Part shown: positions 24,800 through 36,102 of the stretch, piece by piece
Numbering within the stretch: the stretch's first letter is position 1
How the letters are laid out: each line of letters begins with the position of its first letter
Source: Selaginella moellendorffii
Taxonomy: Eukaryota > Plantae > Lycopodiophyta
Assembly: GCF_000143415.4 (NCBI RefSeq)
Contig: NW_003314261.1
Coordinates: forward strand, 2,367,266-2,431,265
Reading direction: 5' to 3'
Length of the DNA stretch: 64,000 nt
Notes under the pieces: generated by a model
What the model was told of the DNA's origin: nothing
Databases searched by the model: none
Seen by the model: the letters and a program-made list of their open reading frames with translations, nothing else
Made by a program: the position numbers and the translations under genes

Positions 24800-27700
24800 C
24801 TTGTGAGTTTCTTCTTGTCTACAAAGTCCCGGCGGACTAGCAAGCTCAAGCCCGTCAAAGTTCCCCCTTCCGCTGCTTCTCTGTGTCTCATTTCTTCATG
24901 GATCACGTCTTGCGGAGGAGTTCTCCTGCCTGGCTTGTTGTTGGTAGCATCGCGCAAGAGAGGAAGCAATCCGGCCTCGTGACGCTGAGACATTTTCTTC
25001 TCGTTCTGTGCTAGCCTTGGATGATCTTGTCGCGTCCAATTAGTTTACGCACAAATCGTATTTACCCGCTTCAGGTGACTTCTTATTCTATACCAGCAAG
25101 TCGGGGCTGCTGCGATTGCTACTGTGGTTGCTACGCTGATTTCGGCGGCTATAAACACTCCGTTTAGCTCCTGCAAGACAAGTACCAGGGCAAGATCATG
25201 GAGGCCAAGGACGCCCGAATGCGAGCAACGACGGAATGCTTAAAGAGCATGAGGATTCTCACTTACCTGCAGAAACTGGAAGCCTTGAGAGGTGTGGAGT
25301 ATGGCTGGCTGAAGAAATCGTTCTTTCCTCTTCTGGACAAATGATCATTGGAGTGGTCACTTTTGGTACTTGTGTGGTGCTGAAGATACCTCTAACCACT
25401 TTTCAGCGCTGGCCACCTTTAGAATTTTACAGGAGGCTAGCAGACTGTATTTCAACTCTGTCTCAAACAAGATCGCTGGATCGGCTGAGTAAGTTTCTTC
25501 ACGAGCCAGAGCTTCAGACTGATGCTGTTTCTTGGACAAATGACCAAGATCCTACAGTAATTCTGGTGGAAGCAGCAGACGTCAGATGTCCTGAGCTAGA
25601 GTTAATCTGGATGTCAAAAAAGGGATGACAGTTGCGGTTTGCGGAAAATTGAGCTTGCTCTCGGAGAAATCCCAAGGCTATGGTATGCATTTTTGTATTC
25701 TACCATTCTCCTTACATCTGCTTTTGCAGGTCCAGGTAACTGGAAGAACATCGTATGTGGGCCAGACTGCTTGGGTACAAAGTGGAATGGTCGAGAATAA
25801 TGTTTGCTTTATGGACAGAAGTAAATACGATCGCGTGCTGGAGATGTGTCAACTCAAAAGAGATATGGAAGTTCTTCCATTCGGAGATCAGACAGAAATA
25901 AGCGAGAGGGGCATCAATTTAAGCGGGGTTAGATAGCCGTGAAAGAAAGACAGAAAAAGAAAATGGAGGCCATGGCCGGGCGGCCAGAAGCAAAGGATAC
26001 AACTTGCTCGTGCACTGTATCAGGATGGTGATACCTACCTACTTGATGATACTTTCGGTGCCATGGACGTGGAAACTGGTACTCAAATCTTCAAGGTAAG
26101 CATGTCTCTGTTTGGCTCTGTGATCTCTCACTCATAAATTTTACGCAAAATGTGTTCTTAATTCACTTAATTCATTATTGGTAACAATATAAAATAAAGT
26201 ACACGTTGACGAGCTAAATGTAGGTAAAAGATGGGCGATCTGGACCTTACTCTCAGCTTTTCCAAGCGAGTTAAACCTCTTGTTCTTGAGTGCCAATCTC
26301 CAACAAGGCTATGGAGGTATCCAAATAATGAAGTAAAAAACAGAAGTGCAGAAGTCGAATGAGCCCAAGGCAGAACAACTGGTACAAAAAGAAGAACGCG
26401 AGAAAGGTAGTTTTGGTTTGCAAGTTTACTGATACTACTGCATGGCAGTTTACAAGGGCGTATATTGGTGAGTATGCTACTGTTTCAAATCTTGCGTCAG
26501 ACTGGTGGATGGCTCAGCGACGGCGTGTTTGATCCTATTCGGTTGATCATCGGATACAGAGGATTTTTTGCTTGGAGCATCGCTGTGAACACTGGTAGGA
26601 ATTCCGTTTGGAGCATCGCTGTTCGTGCTTCTCAGGGTGCTACATCATGTCATCAGCCTCGCGACATCTCAGAAGTTCTTCTTTGACATACTCCACTCAT
26701 TTGCCAATTGATGTGGTTTTTTTATTCGACTCCAAGGTAGAATTCTCAGCCGGGTACGTCTGTTTACATTTGAAGTTTTTAAATCTCAGGCTTCTACAGA
26801 CCAAAGTGCTCTCGACTTAAATGTGCCTTGCAGGCTTGGGGGCCTTGCGTTCTCAGGAGTACAGCTTTTATATATTGTGGGAGTTATGTCTCAAGCAGTT
26901 TGGAGTCTTAATCGTTTTTGCTCCTGTGTTTGTTTTCTGTATCTTGCTACAGGTAAATCTCTTTTTCAATCAATACCTCTGTCCTAATTAGAGTTGAATC
27001 TATTTGCAAAGGTCTTATATACCATCAGGCAGGGAGCTTTCCAGGCTTCAAGGAGTCACCACTTTGCGGAATCTATTGCAGGAGCTCCGACAGTACGAGG
27101 TTTTTGCCAGGAAGAGCGTTTCATGCACAGGATCGACACGTCTGCTCGAGTCTATCTCTACTCGGCTGCAGCCATGGAGTGGGCCTCTATGAGGCTAGAA
27201 CTCCTCACCAACGTTGTCTTTGGTTTCTGTTTTCTTCGATAAGGTTATCTCCCTCCCCTCGCATTCCCAGCGAGGCACCATGGGAGATTGAAGAGTCTAA
27301 GCTTCCGGAAAGCTGGCCTGCCACAGGAAACGTAGGTAGGAATTTCTAAAACTTCGATAATGGCTTTGGAACTTGAACAACATTTCTACGTGACATAGGT
27401 CCGCTATAACTCCAACTTACCGCTCCTGTTTCACGACAATAACTGTGTATTTCCCGGAGTCAAGAGGATTGGAGTCGTGGGCCGGACTGGCAGTGGAAAA
27501 TCCACGCTCATCCATGCCATATTCTGAGCCAGCCGGTGGAAAGAGCGTGATCGACGGCGTGGACATAACGAAGATGATCTCCGATCCAGGCTCAGCACCA
27601 TTCCACAGATCCAACGCTGTTCGAAGGCACCATTCGCTATAAAACTTGGTATTTAAACAAATGTGAGTGGAGACTCATCCTTTCTAAGTTTCTTCAAAAC

Positions 27701-28180
27701 CCTTGGATAAATGACTCGGAAACCTCGTGCGTGTATGTGTAAAAGTTTTCTTCCTTTTCTCTGAGGATCAAAGCTGCTTATAAAGCTCTCACAGACAAGG
27801 AAGGCAAGCCCATCCCTTGCAAGTGCTAGAGACAGCCTACCTTCTCGGTGACTTTTGCTGTCTGAAAATGGTGAGAACTGGAGCATGGGACAGAGACAAT
27901 TGTTTTGCCTTGGACGAGTTATGCTAAAACAAGCCCGTGTTTTGATACTGGACGAGGCCACCACATCCGTGGACAGTGCCACCGATGGAGTGATTTCCAG
28001 GGATACACTGTTATCACCATCGCTCGCCTACTGTGGTGGACAGCGACTAAGTCCTAAACGATGGTATTGTTTTGTTTTGGTGACATTTGCATACGACGAG
28101 CTGGGCAAGCTTTTAATGACGAGCAGCTCACATTTCTTCTATTCCAAGAGATCTTCTGGATTATCAACTCAAGTCTTTAC
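24800..28180 (+). pseudogene. ABCC pseudogene type A, copy 2
   Basis: Paralog of 9168-12390 sharing the signature-motif insertion (~25926-25978). It has an extra ~100-bp filler at ~27757-27858. Confidence 0.88.
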
Positions 28181-28184
28181 AATT

Positions 28185-28571
28185 TTAGAGCCTTTTTAGT
28201 TCGGTTGGCTCGTGTTGGAGGCTACAGCGGCAAAGCGGGCAAGTGTGTTGCTTGAAGAGCCACATCGAGATACAGTCGCGATGGTAGAAGTGCTTGCACT
28301 TGGGCAACACACACACCTCTTGCCCGTCGCTAAACTCCCCAAGGCAAATGGGGCACTCCTCTCTCCCTCGCTCCCTCACGCTGTAGAGCTCCAGGGGAAG
28401 TACAACCAAATCCATACCATTCTCAAATTCCTTCTCAGCCTCGCCATCCCTGGTGGAAGCTCCAGTGCCATACCCCGTGTCACCAAAGCTGCAATCTCCA
28501 TCTTTAATGCACAACCAGCAGCTCCAACCCGCAAACCAGGCGCCACCCAACAAGCAACAGATTTCAGACAT
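28185..28571 (-). CDS. RING-H2 (ATL-like) E3 ligase, copy 2
   Basis: 128-aa open ORF with all 8 zinc ligands. Confidence 0.75.
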   Translation of the reverse strand: MSEICCLLGGAWFAGWSCWLCIKDGDCSFGDTGYGTGASTRDGEAEKEFENGMDLVVLPLELYSVRERGREECPICLGEFSDGQEVCVLPKCKHFYHRDCISMWLFKQHTCPLCRCSLQHEPTELKRL

Positions 28572-28639
28572 TGCCCACTATAGTGTGATAGGGTTTTTCC
28601 TTTTAGTTCTTTGGCTCTTTTATACCAGTCCGCCACCTT

Positions 28640-29737
28640 TTCCGATCGCGGGCACCGTATCATTTACCATACGCTCCGTACAGCTCATTGTCCGCTATAA
28701 ACCGGCGGCTCCCATTGCAATCCAGGCATGGCACCAAGCTCGCTCCTCCACACCCCTATAAGCTCCTGAGTTTGGAGCTCCCGGGAGGTCATCCAACCCA
28801 GTACTATTCAAACCCAAGGACGCTTAACCCCAAATATCCCAAGACCCTTAACCGATTGGAAAAGAGGATGCACTCTTGTTCATGGGCCTTTTCCCTCTAT
28901 ATTTGAACCCCATGGATCGTCTCTCAAGTAGTTCCCTTTGGTTGCTTACAATCCACCACGCTTCCCTGCAAGTTCACGCCCTCGTGAACGGAAGCTGAGA
29001 GCCGCAACTCTCCCGAGAGCCCCACTCTCTTGACACCCTACCCCTCGGGTCGAGCCCAGCGGGAGTAAACTGGACCAGCCAGATGTCAATCAACATGTGG
29101 TGTGATTCCCTTAGCCAACCAACAGAGTTGGACCCGAGACCGCTCTGATATCAAATGTAAGCTCTTAAGTTTGGACTTCCCGGGAGGTCACCCAACCCAG
29201 TACTATTCAAACCCAAGGACGCTTAACCCCAAATATCCCAACACCCTTAACCAATTGGAAAAGAGGGTGCACTTTTGTTCATGGGCCCTTTCCCTCTATA
29301 TTTGAACCCCATGGATCGTCTCTCAAGTCGTTCCCTTTGGTTGCTTACAACCCCTTGCAAGCCATGGTGGTGTCTGTCCGCAAATATCCGCTGCTTATCA
29401 TGCAAGAGCTTGCGAAGCTGGCCCTTGTTTTTTCGTTTAGCTGCTCCACGCCACCAATGTACCTGAGGAAGAGAACAAACGAGGACGGCGATGGATTAAT
29501 TCCCTGACTGTGATGGATCGAAACTTATATAGTTTCGAGATCGTGGGGCTGGGGACGTACCTTCCATCGATTGGAACTCGATTGTCCATCGCCCAACTCC
29601 GGCTCCATCGTGGAGACTCCTTTGCTCTCGAACGCAATGCCGTGGATCGCTGTGGTGGTGCTGCATTCCTCGTCGTGTGGTTTGAACGGAAGCGTGAGCC
29701 TGTCCCTGGGAGGTTCTTTGATCGTCGAGCTCGAGAC
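28640..29737 (-). pseudogene. Glutaredoxin-like 3' fragment interrupted by a TRIM
   Basis: Homologous to ~39631-40155 on both sides of the 28757-29349 insertion. Confidence 0.78.
28757..29349 (-). mobile_element. Cassandra-type TRIM (non-autonomous LTR element with 5S rRNA-like LTRs)
   Basis: Two 194-bp direct repeats (28757-28950, 29156-29349; TGTAAGC...GCTTACA termini) around a 205-bp internal region. 5-bp TSD ACCCC at 28752-28756 and 29350-29354; the empty site is visible in paralogs. Met-i-type PBS TGATATCAGAGC at 29153-29142 and a purine-rich tract before the 3' LTR. The LTR contains GTTAAGCGTCCTTGGG...TAGTACTGGGTTGGGTGACCTCCCGGGAAGTCC (5S box A/box C region). Confidence 0.92.
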
Positions 29738-31090
29738 GGACAAATGACCAAGATCCTACAGTAATTCTGGTGGAAGCAGCAGACATCAGTGAGTTCTAAG
29801 CTCTCGTTATCTGGAGTTAATATGGATGTCTAAAAGGGACGACAGTTGCGGTTTGCGGAATGGTTGGTTCCGGTAAATCGAGCTTGCTCTCGTGCTGGCA
29901 TGGTACGCATTTTACCATTCTCTCTTTCTTTCCTTACATCTGCTTTTACAGGTCCAGGTAACTGGAAGAACATCATACGTGGGCCAGACTGTTGGGTACA
30001 AAGTGGAATGATCGAGAATAATGTAATAATAATACCGGAACCAACCATTCCGCTTCTTTCACCGGACTCATCGTTTTCAATCAACACCTCTGTCCTAATG
30101 AGGTTGCATTTATTTGCAGAGGTATTACATATCGTCAGGCAGGGAGCTTTCCAGGCTTTAAGGCATCCAGAAGGATTCACCACTTTGCGGAATCTATTGC
30201 AGGAGCTCCGACAGTACGAGGCTTTTGCCAGGAAGAGCGTTTCAAGCACAGGATCAATACGTCTGCTCGAGCCTATCTCTACTCGGCTGCAGTCATGGAG
30301 TGGGCTTCTATGACTAGAACTCCACCACCAACGTTGTCTTTGGTTTCTGTTTGATTCTAATCGGTTATCTCTCTCCCGGCAGCAGTATTCTCGCATTCCC
30401 AGCAATGCGATTGAAGAGTCTAAGCTTCTGGAAAGCTGACCTGCCACAGGAAGCGCTGAGCTGGGAGCTTAAGGTAGGAATTTCTAAAACTTCTATAATG
30501 GCTTTGGAAATTTAACAACAAAAACGTTTCTATGTGATATAGCATTCAGGCCATATTCCGAGCCAGCCAGTGGAAAGAGCGTGATTGACGGCATAGACAT
30601 AATGAAGATGATCTCCGATCCAAACTCAGCATCATTCCATAGGATCCAGCGCTGTTCAAAGGCATCATCCGCTAGATCAGTTAAAACTAGTTATTCTTGT
30701 TGGTGCTAAGTGCACCCTTGGATAAATGACTCGGAGACCTCGTGCGTGCCAAGGAAGAAAAGCTGGACAGGCAATAAATGTGTAAAAGTTTTCTTCCTTA
30801 TGTTTTGAAAATGGTGAGAACTGGAGCATGGGACAGAGACAATTGTTTTGCCTATGCGAAAACAAGCCCCTGTTTTGGTACTGGACGAGGCCACCACATC
30901 CGTGGACAGTGCTACTGTTATCAACATTGCTCACCTACTGTGGTGGACAGCGACTAAGTAGTAAACCTAAACGATGGTATTGTTTTTGTTTTGGTGACAT
31001 TTGCATAACAATCTTTCTCGGTAGGACGCATAGCTGTTTAATGAAGAGCAACTCACATTTCTTCTATTCCAAGAGATCTTCTAAACAATT
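29738..31090 (+). pseudogene. ABCC pseudogene type B, copy 2 (internally deleted)
   Basis: Paralog of ~36829-39155 with a large internal deletion and filler at ~30025-30070. Confidence 0.83.
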
Positions 31091-31462
31091 TTAGAGCCTT
31101 TTAAGTTCGGTTGGCCCGTGTCGGAGCGGGCAAGTGGGTTGCCTGAAGAGCCACAACGAGAGACAGTCGCGATGGTAGAAGTGCTTGCACTTGGGCAATA
31201 CAGTCACCTCTTGCCCGTCGCCAAACTCCCCAAGGCAAATCGGGCACTCCTCTCTCCCTCGCTCCCTCACGCTGTAGAGCTCCAGGGGAAGTACCACCGA
31301 ATCCATGCCATTCTCAAGTTTCTTCTCGGCCTCGCCATCCCTGGTGGAAGCTCCAGTGCCATACCCCGCGTCACCAAAGCTGCAATCTCCATCTTTGATG
31401 CACAACCAGCAGCTCCAACCCGCAAACCACGCGCCACCCAACAAGCAACAGATTTCAGACAT
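31091..31462 (-). CDS. RING-H2 copy 3 (15-bp in-frame deletion removes the last Cys ligand)
   Basis: 123 aa; ends PTCPLRHG instead of [13 protein letters not shown]. Confidence 0.55.
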   Translation of the reverse strand: MSEICCLLGGAWFAGWSCWLCIKDGDCSFGDAGYGTGASTRDGEAEKKLENGMDSVVLPLELYSVRERGREECPICLGEFGDGQEVTVLPKCKHFYHRDCLSLWLFRQPTCPLRHGPTELKRL

Positions 31463-31550
31463 CGCCCACTATAGTCGGTGTGATAGGGTTTTTCCTTTCA
31501 CCTCTTTGGGGCTCTTTTATACCAGTCCGCCACCTTTTCCGATCGCCAGC

Positions 31551-34500
31551 GGTTGGAGTGGTTAGCTGAAGAAATCGTTCTTGACGCAGCTCGCAATAAT
31601 TTGGACGACTAGAATGGCCACCTTAGCTACTTTGTGGCTGACTTCAGGGGGTTTTTGTTTGCGACAGCGTTGGTATAAAATCTGCCAGAATGTAAAACTC
31701 TGTAGACTTCACGAGGCAGGAACGAACGTGATATTTAATCTGAAGGAGTTGAGTCTGAATTTTTTCTTGTGAGTTTCTTCTTGTCTACAAAGTCCCGGCG
31801 GACTAGAAAGCTCAAGACCATCAAGATTCCCCCTTTCGCTGCTTCTCTGTGTCGCATTTCTTCATGGATCACGTCTTGCCGAGGAGTTCTCCTGCCTGGC
31901 TTGTTGTTGGTAGCATCGCGCAAGAGAGGAGGCAATCCAGCCTCGTGACGCTGAGACATTTTCTTCTCGTTCTGTGCTAGCCTTGGATGATCTTGTCGCG
32001 TCCAATTAGTTTACGCACAAATCGTATTTACCCGCTTCAGGTGACTTCTTATTCTATACCAGCAAGTCGGGGCTGCTGCGATTGCTACTGTGGTTGCTAC
32101 GCTGATTTCGGCGGCTATAAACACTCCGTTTAGCTCCTGCAAGACAAGTACCAGGGCAAGATCATGGAGGCCAAGGACGCCCGAATGCGAGCAACGACGG
32201 AATGCTTAAAGAGCATGAGGATTCTCACTTACCTGCAGAAACTGGAAGCCTTGAGAGGTGTGGAGTATGGCTGGCTGAAGAAATCGTTTCTTTCCGCTTC
32301 TGGACAGATGATCACTGGAGTGGTCACTTTTGGTACTTGTGTGGTGCTGAAGATACCTCTGACCACTGGGAAAGTTCTTTCAGCGCTGGCCACCTTTAGA
32401 ATTTTACAGGAGGCTAGCAGACTGTATTTCAACTCTGTCTCAAACAAGAGTTTCGCTGGATCGGCTGAGTAAGTTTCTTCACGAGCCAGAGCTTCAGGCT
32501 GTTTCTCGGACAAATGACCAAGATCCTACAGTAATTCTGGTGGAAGCAGCAGACGTCAGATGTCCTGAGCTAGAGTTAATCTGGATGTCAAAAAAGGGAC
32601 GACAGTTGCGGTTTGCGGAAAATTGAGCTTGCTCTCGTGCCTTCTGGGAGAAATCCCAAAACTATGGTACGCATTTTTGTATTCTACCATTCTCCTTCCA
32701 TCTGCTTTTGCAGGTCCAGGTAACTGGAAGAACATCGTACGTGGGCCAGACTGCTTGGGTACAAAGTGGAACGATCGAGAATAATGTTTGTTTTGGCTCG
32801 CCTATGGACAGAAGTAAATACGATCGCGTGCTGGAGATGTGTCAACTCAAAAGAGATCTGGAAGTTCTTCCATTCGGAAATCAGATAGAAATAGGCGAGA
32901 GGGGCGTCAATTTAAGTGGGGTTAGATAGCCGTGAAAGAAAGACAGAAAAAGAAAATGGAGGCCATGGCCGGGCGGCCAGAAGCAAAGGATACAACTTGC
33001 TCGTGCACTGTATCAGGATGGTGATACCTGCCTACTTGATGATACTTTCGGTGCCATGGACGTGGAAACTGGTATGTCTCTGTTTGGCTCTGTGATCTCA
33101 CTCATAAATCATACACAGAATGTGTTCTTAATTCATTATTGATAATAATATAAAATAAAGTCCACGTTGACGAGCTCAATGTAGGTAAAAGATGGGCGAT
33201 CTGGACCTTACTCTCAGCTTTTCCAAGCGAGCTAAACCTCTTGTTCTTGAGTGCCAATCTCTACATAAATTTCCCAAAGAGTGCTTGTTGGAGCACACAA
33301 CAAGGCTATGGAGGTATCCAAATAATGAAGTAAAAAACAGAAGTGCAGAAGTCGAACGAGCCCAAGGCAGAACAACTGGTACAAAAAGAAGAACGCGAGA
33401 AAGGTAGTTTGGTTTGCAACTTTATGGATACTACTGCACGGCAGTTTACAAGGGCGTATGTTGGTGAGTATGCTACTGTTTCAAATCTTGCGTTAGACTG
33501 GTGGATGGCTCAGCGACGGCTGTTTGATCCTATTCGGTTGATCATCGGATACAGAGGATTTTTCGCTTGGAGCATCGCTGTGAACACCAGTAGGAATTCA
33601 TTTGGTGAATTCTATTTGGAGCATCGCTGTTCGTGCTTCTCAGGGTGCTACATCATGTCATCAGCCTCGCGACATCTCAGAAGTTCTTCTTTGACATACT
33701 CCACTCATTTGCCAATTGATGTGGTTTTTTTATTCGACTCCAACTGGTAGAATTCTCAGCCGGGTACATCCGCTTACGTTTGAAGTTTTTAATCTCAGGC
33801 TTCTACAGACCAAAGTGCTCTCGACTTAAATGTGCCTTACAGGCTTGGGGGCCTTGCGTTCTCAGGAGTACAGCTTTTATACATTGTGGGAGTTATGTCT
33901 CAAGCAGTTTGGAGTTTTAATCGTTTTTGCTCCTGTGTTTGTTTTCTGTATCTTGCTACAGGTACATCTCTTTTTCAATCAATACCTCTGTTCTAATTAG
34001 AGTTGAATCTATTTGCAAAGGTGTTATATACCGTCAGGCAGGCAGAAGGATTCACCACTTTGCGGAATCTATTGCAGGAGCTCCGACAGTACGAGGCTTT
34101 TGCCAGGAAGAGCGTTTCATGCACAGGATCGACACGTCTGCTCGAGTCTATCTCTACTCGGCTGCAGCCATGGAGTGGGCCTCTATGAGGCTAGAACTCC
34201 TCACCAACGTTGTCTTTGGTTTCTGTTTGCTTCGATAAGGTTATCTCCCTCCCCTCGCATTCCCAGCGAGGCACCATGGGAGATTGAAGAGTCTAAGCTT
34301 CCGGAAAGCTGGCCTGCCACATGAAACGTTGAGCTAGTGGAGCTTAAGGTAGGAATTTCTAAAACTTCTATAATGGCTTTGGAACTTGAACAACATTTCT
34401 ACGTGACATAGGTCCGCTACAACTCCAACTCACCGCTTGTTTCAACAATAACTGTGTATTTCCCGGAGTCGAGAGGATTGGAGTCGTGGGCCGGACTGGC

Positions 34501-35015
34501 AGTGAAAAATCCATGTTCATCCAGGCCATATTCTGAGCCAGCCGGTGGAAAGATCGTGATCGACGGCATGGACATAACGAAGATGATCTCCGATCCAGGC
34601 TCAGCATCATTCCACAGGATCCAACGCTGTTCGAAAGCATCCTTTCTAAGTTTCTTAAAAACCCTTGGATAAATGACTCGGAAACCTCGTGCGTGTATGT
34701 GTAAAAGGTGAGGACTGGAGCATGGGACAGAGACAATTGTTTTGCCTTGGACGAGTTATGCTAAAACAAGCCCGTGTTTTGATACTGGACGAGGCCACCA
34801 CATCCGTGGACAGTGCCACCAATGGAGTGATTTCCCGGGATGCACTGTTATCACCATCGCTCGCCTACTGTGGTGGACAGCGACTAAGTCCTAAACGATG
34901 GTATTGTTTTGTTTTGGTGACATTTGCATACGACGAGCCGGGCAAGCTTTTAATGAAGAGCAGCTCACATTTCTTCTATTCCAAGAGATCTGGATTATCA
35001 ACTCAAGTCTTTACA
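31551..35015 (+). pseudogene. ABCC remnant plus pseudogene type A, copy 3
   Basis: The junction at ~31551 resumes at the equivalent of ~8958. Type A homology from ~31765, with the shared signature insertion at ~32918-32970. Confidence 0.87.
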
Positions 35016-35018
35016 ATT

Positions 35019-35405
35019 TTAGAGCCTTTTTAGTTCGGTTGGCTCGTGTCGGAGGCTACAGCGGCAAAGCGGGCAAGTGTGTTGCTTGAAGAGCCACAAC
35101 GAGATACAGTCGCGATGGTAAAAGTGCTTCCACTTGGGCAACACACACACCTCTTGCCCGTCGCCAAACTCCCCAAGGCAAATGGGGCACTCCTCTCTCC
35201 CTCGCTCCCTCACGCTATAGAGCTCCAGGGGAAGTACCACCGAATCCATGCCATTCTCAAGTTTCTTCTCGGCCTCGCCATCCCTGGTGGAAGCTCCAGT
35301 GCCATACCCCGCGTCACCAAAGCTGCAATGTCCATCTTTAATGCACAACCAGCAGCTCCAACCCGCAAACCACGCGCCACCCAACAAGCAACAGATTTCA
35401 GACAT
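35019..35405 (-). CDS. RING-H2 copy 4 (third ligand Cys->Trp)
   Basis: 128-aa open ORF; LPKWKH instead of LPKCKH. Confidence 0.55.
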   Translation of the reverse strand: MSEICCLLGGAWFAGWSCWLCIKDGHCSFGDAGYGTGASTRDGEAEKKLENGMDSVVLPLELYSVRERGREECPICLGEFGDGQEVCVLPKWKHFYHRDCISLWLFKQHTCPLCRCSLRHEPTELKRL

Positions 35406-35489
35406 CGCCCACTATAGTCGGTGTGATAGGTTTTTCCTTTCAGTTCTTTGGGGCTCTTTTATACCAGTCCACCACCTTTTCCGATCGCC

Positions 35490-36102
35490 AGCTAAGTGCA
35501 CAGCGGGCACCGTTTGCCATTCACCGTACACTCCGTACAGCCCATTGTCGTTCCCATTGCAATCCAGGCATGGCACCAAGCTCGCTCCTCCACACCCCTT
35601 GCAAGCCATGGCGGTGTCTGTCCGCAAATCTCCACTGCTTATCATGCAAGAGCTTGCGAAGCTGGCCCTTGTTTTTTCGTTTAGCCGCTCCACGCCACGA
35701 ATGTACCTGAGGAAGAGAACAAACGAGGACGGCGATGGATTAATTCCCTGACTGTGATGGATCGAAACTTATATAGTTTCGAGATCGTGGGGTACCTTCG
35801 ATCGATGAACAGCGCTGGAAGTCGACTGTAGCACTCCTTTGCTCTCGAACGCAATGCCGTGGATCGCTGTGGTGGTGCTGCATTCCTCGTCGTGTGGTTT
35901 GAACGAGAGCGTGAGCCTGTTCCTGGGAGGTTCTTTCATCGTCGAGCTCGAGACCTCCGAGATCCAGTGGTCGTTGCGGGTTTGCTCCATCATGGACACG
36001 AAAGTGGAGAGGAGATCACAGTCATCGTTTGCGGCGTTGTCTCTCGTGGAAGAAGTAGTCACGCATTGGATGGCCAACCTGTGCTTGAAGTCACGAGATT
36101 CG
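35490..36102 (-). pseudogene. Glutaredoxin-like 3' fragment
   Basis: CKGCGGASLVPCLDCNG retained, with deletions. Same fusion junction to ABCC pseudogene B as at ~13495. Confidence 0.8.

Noticed and set aside
29173-29227. Bona fide 5S rRNA gene
   Set aside because: Only the internal 55 nt is present, duplicated inside LTRs; the 5' part and flanks of 5S are absent.
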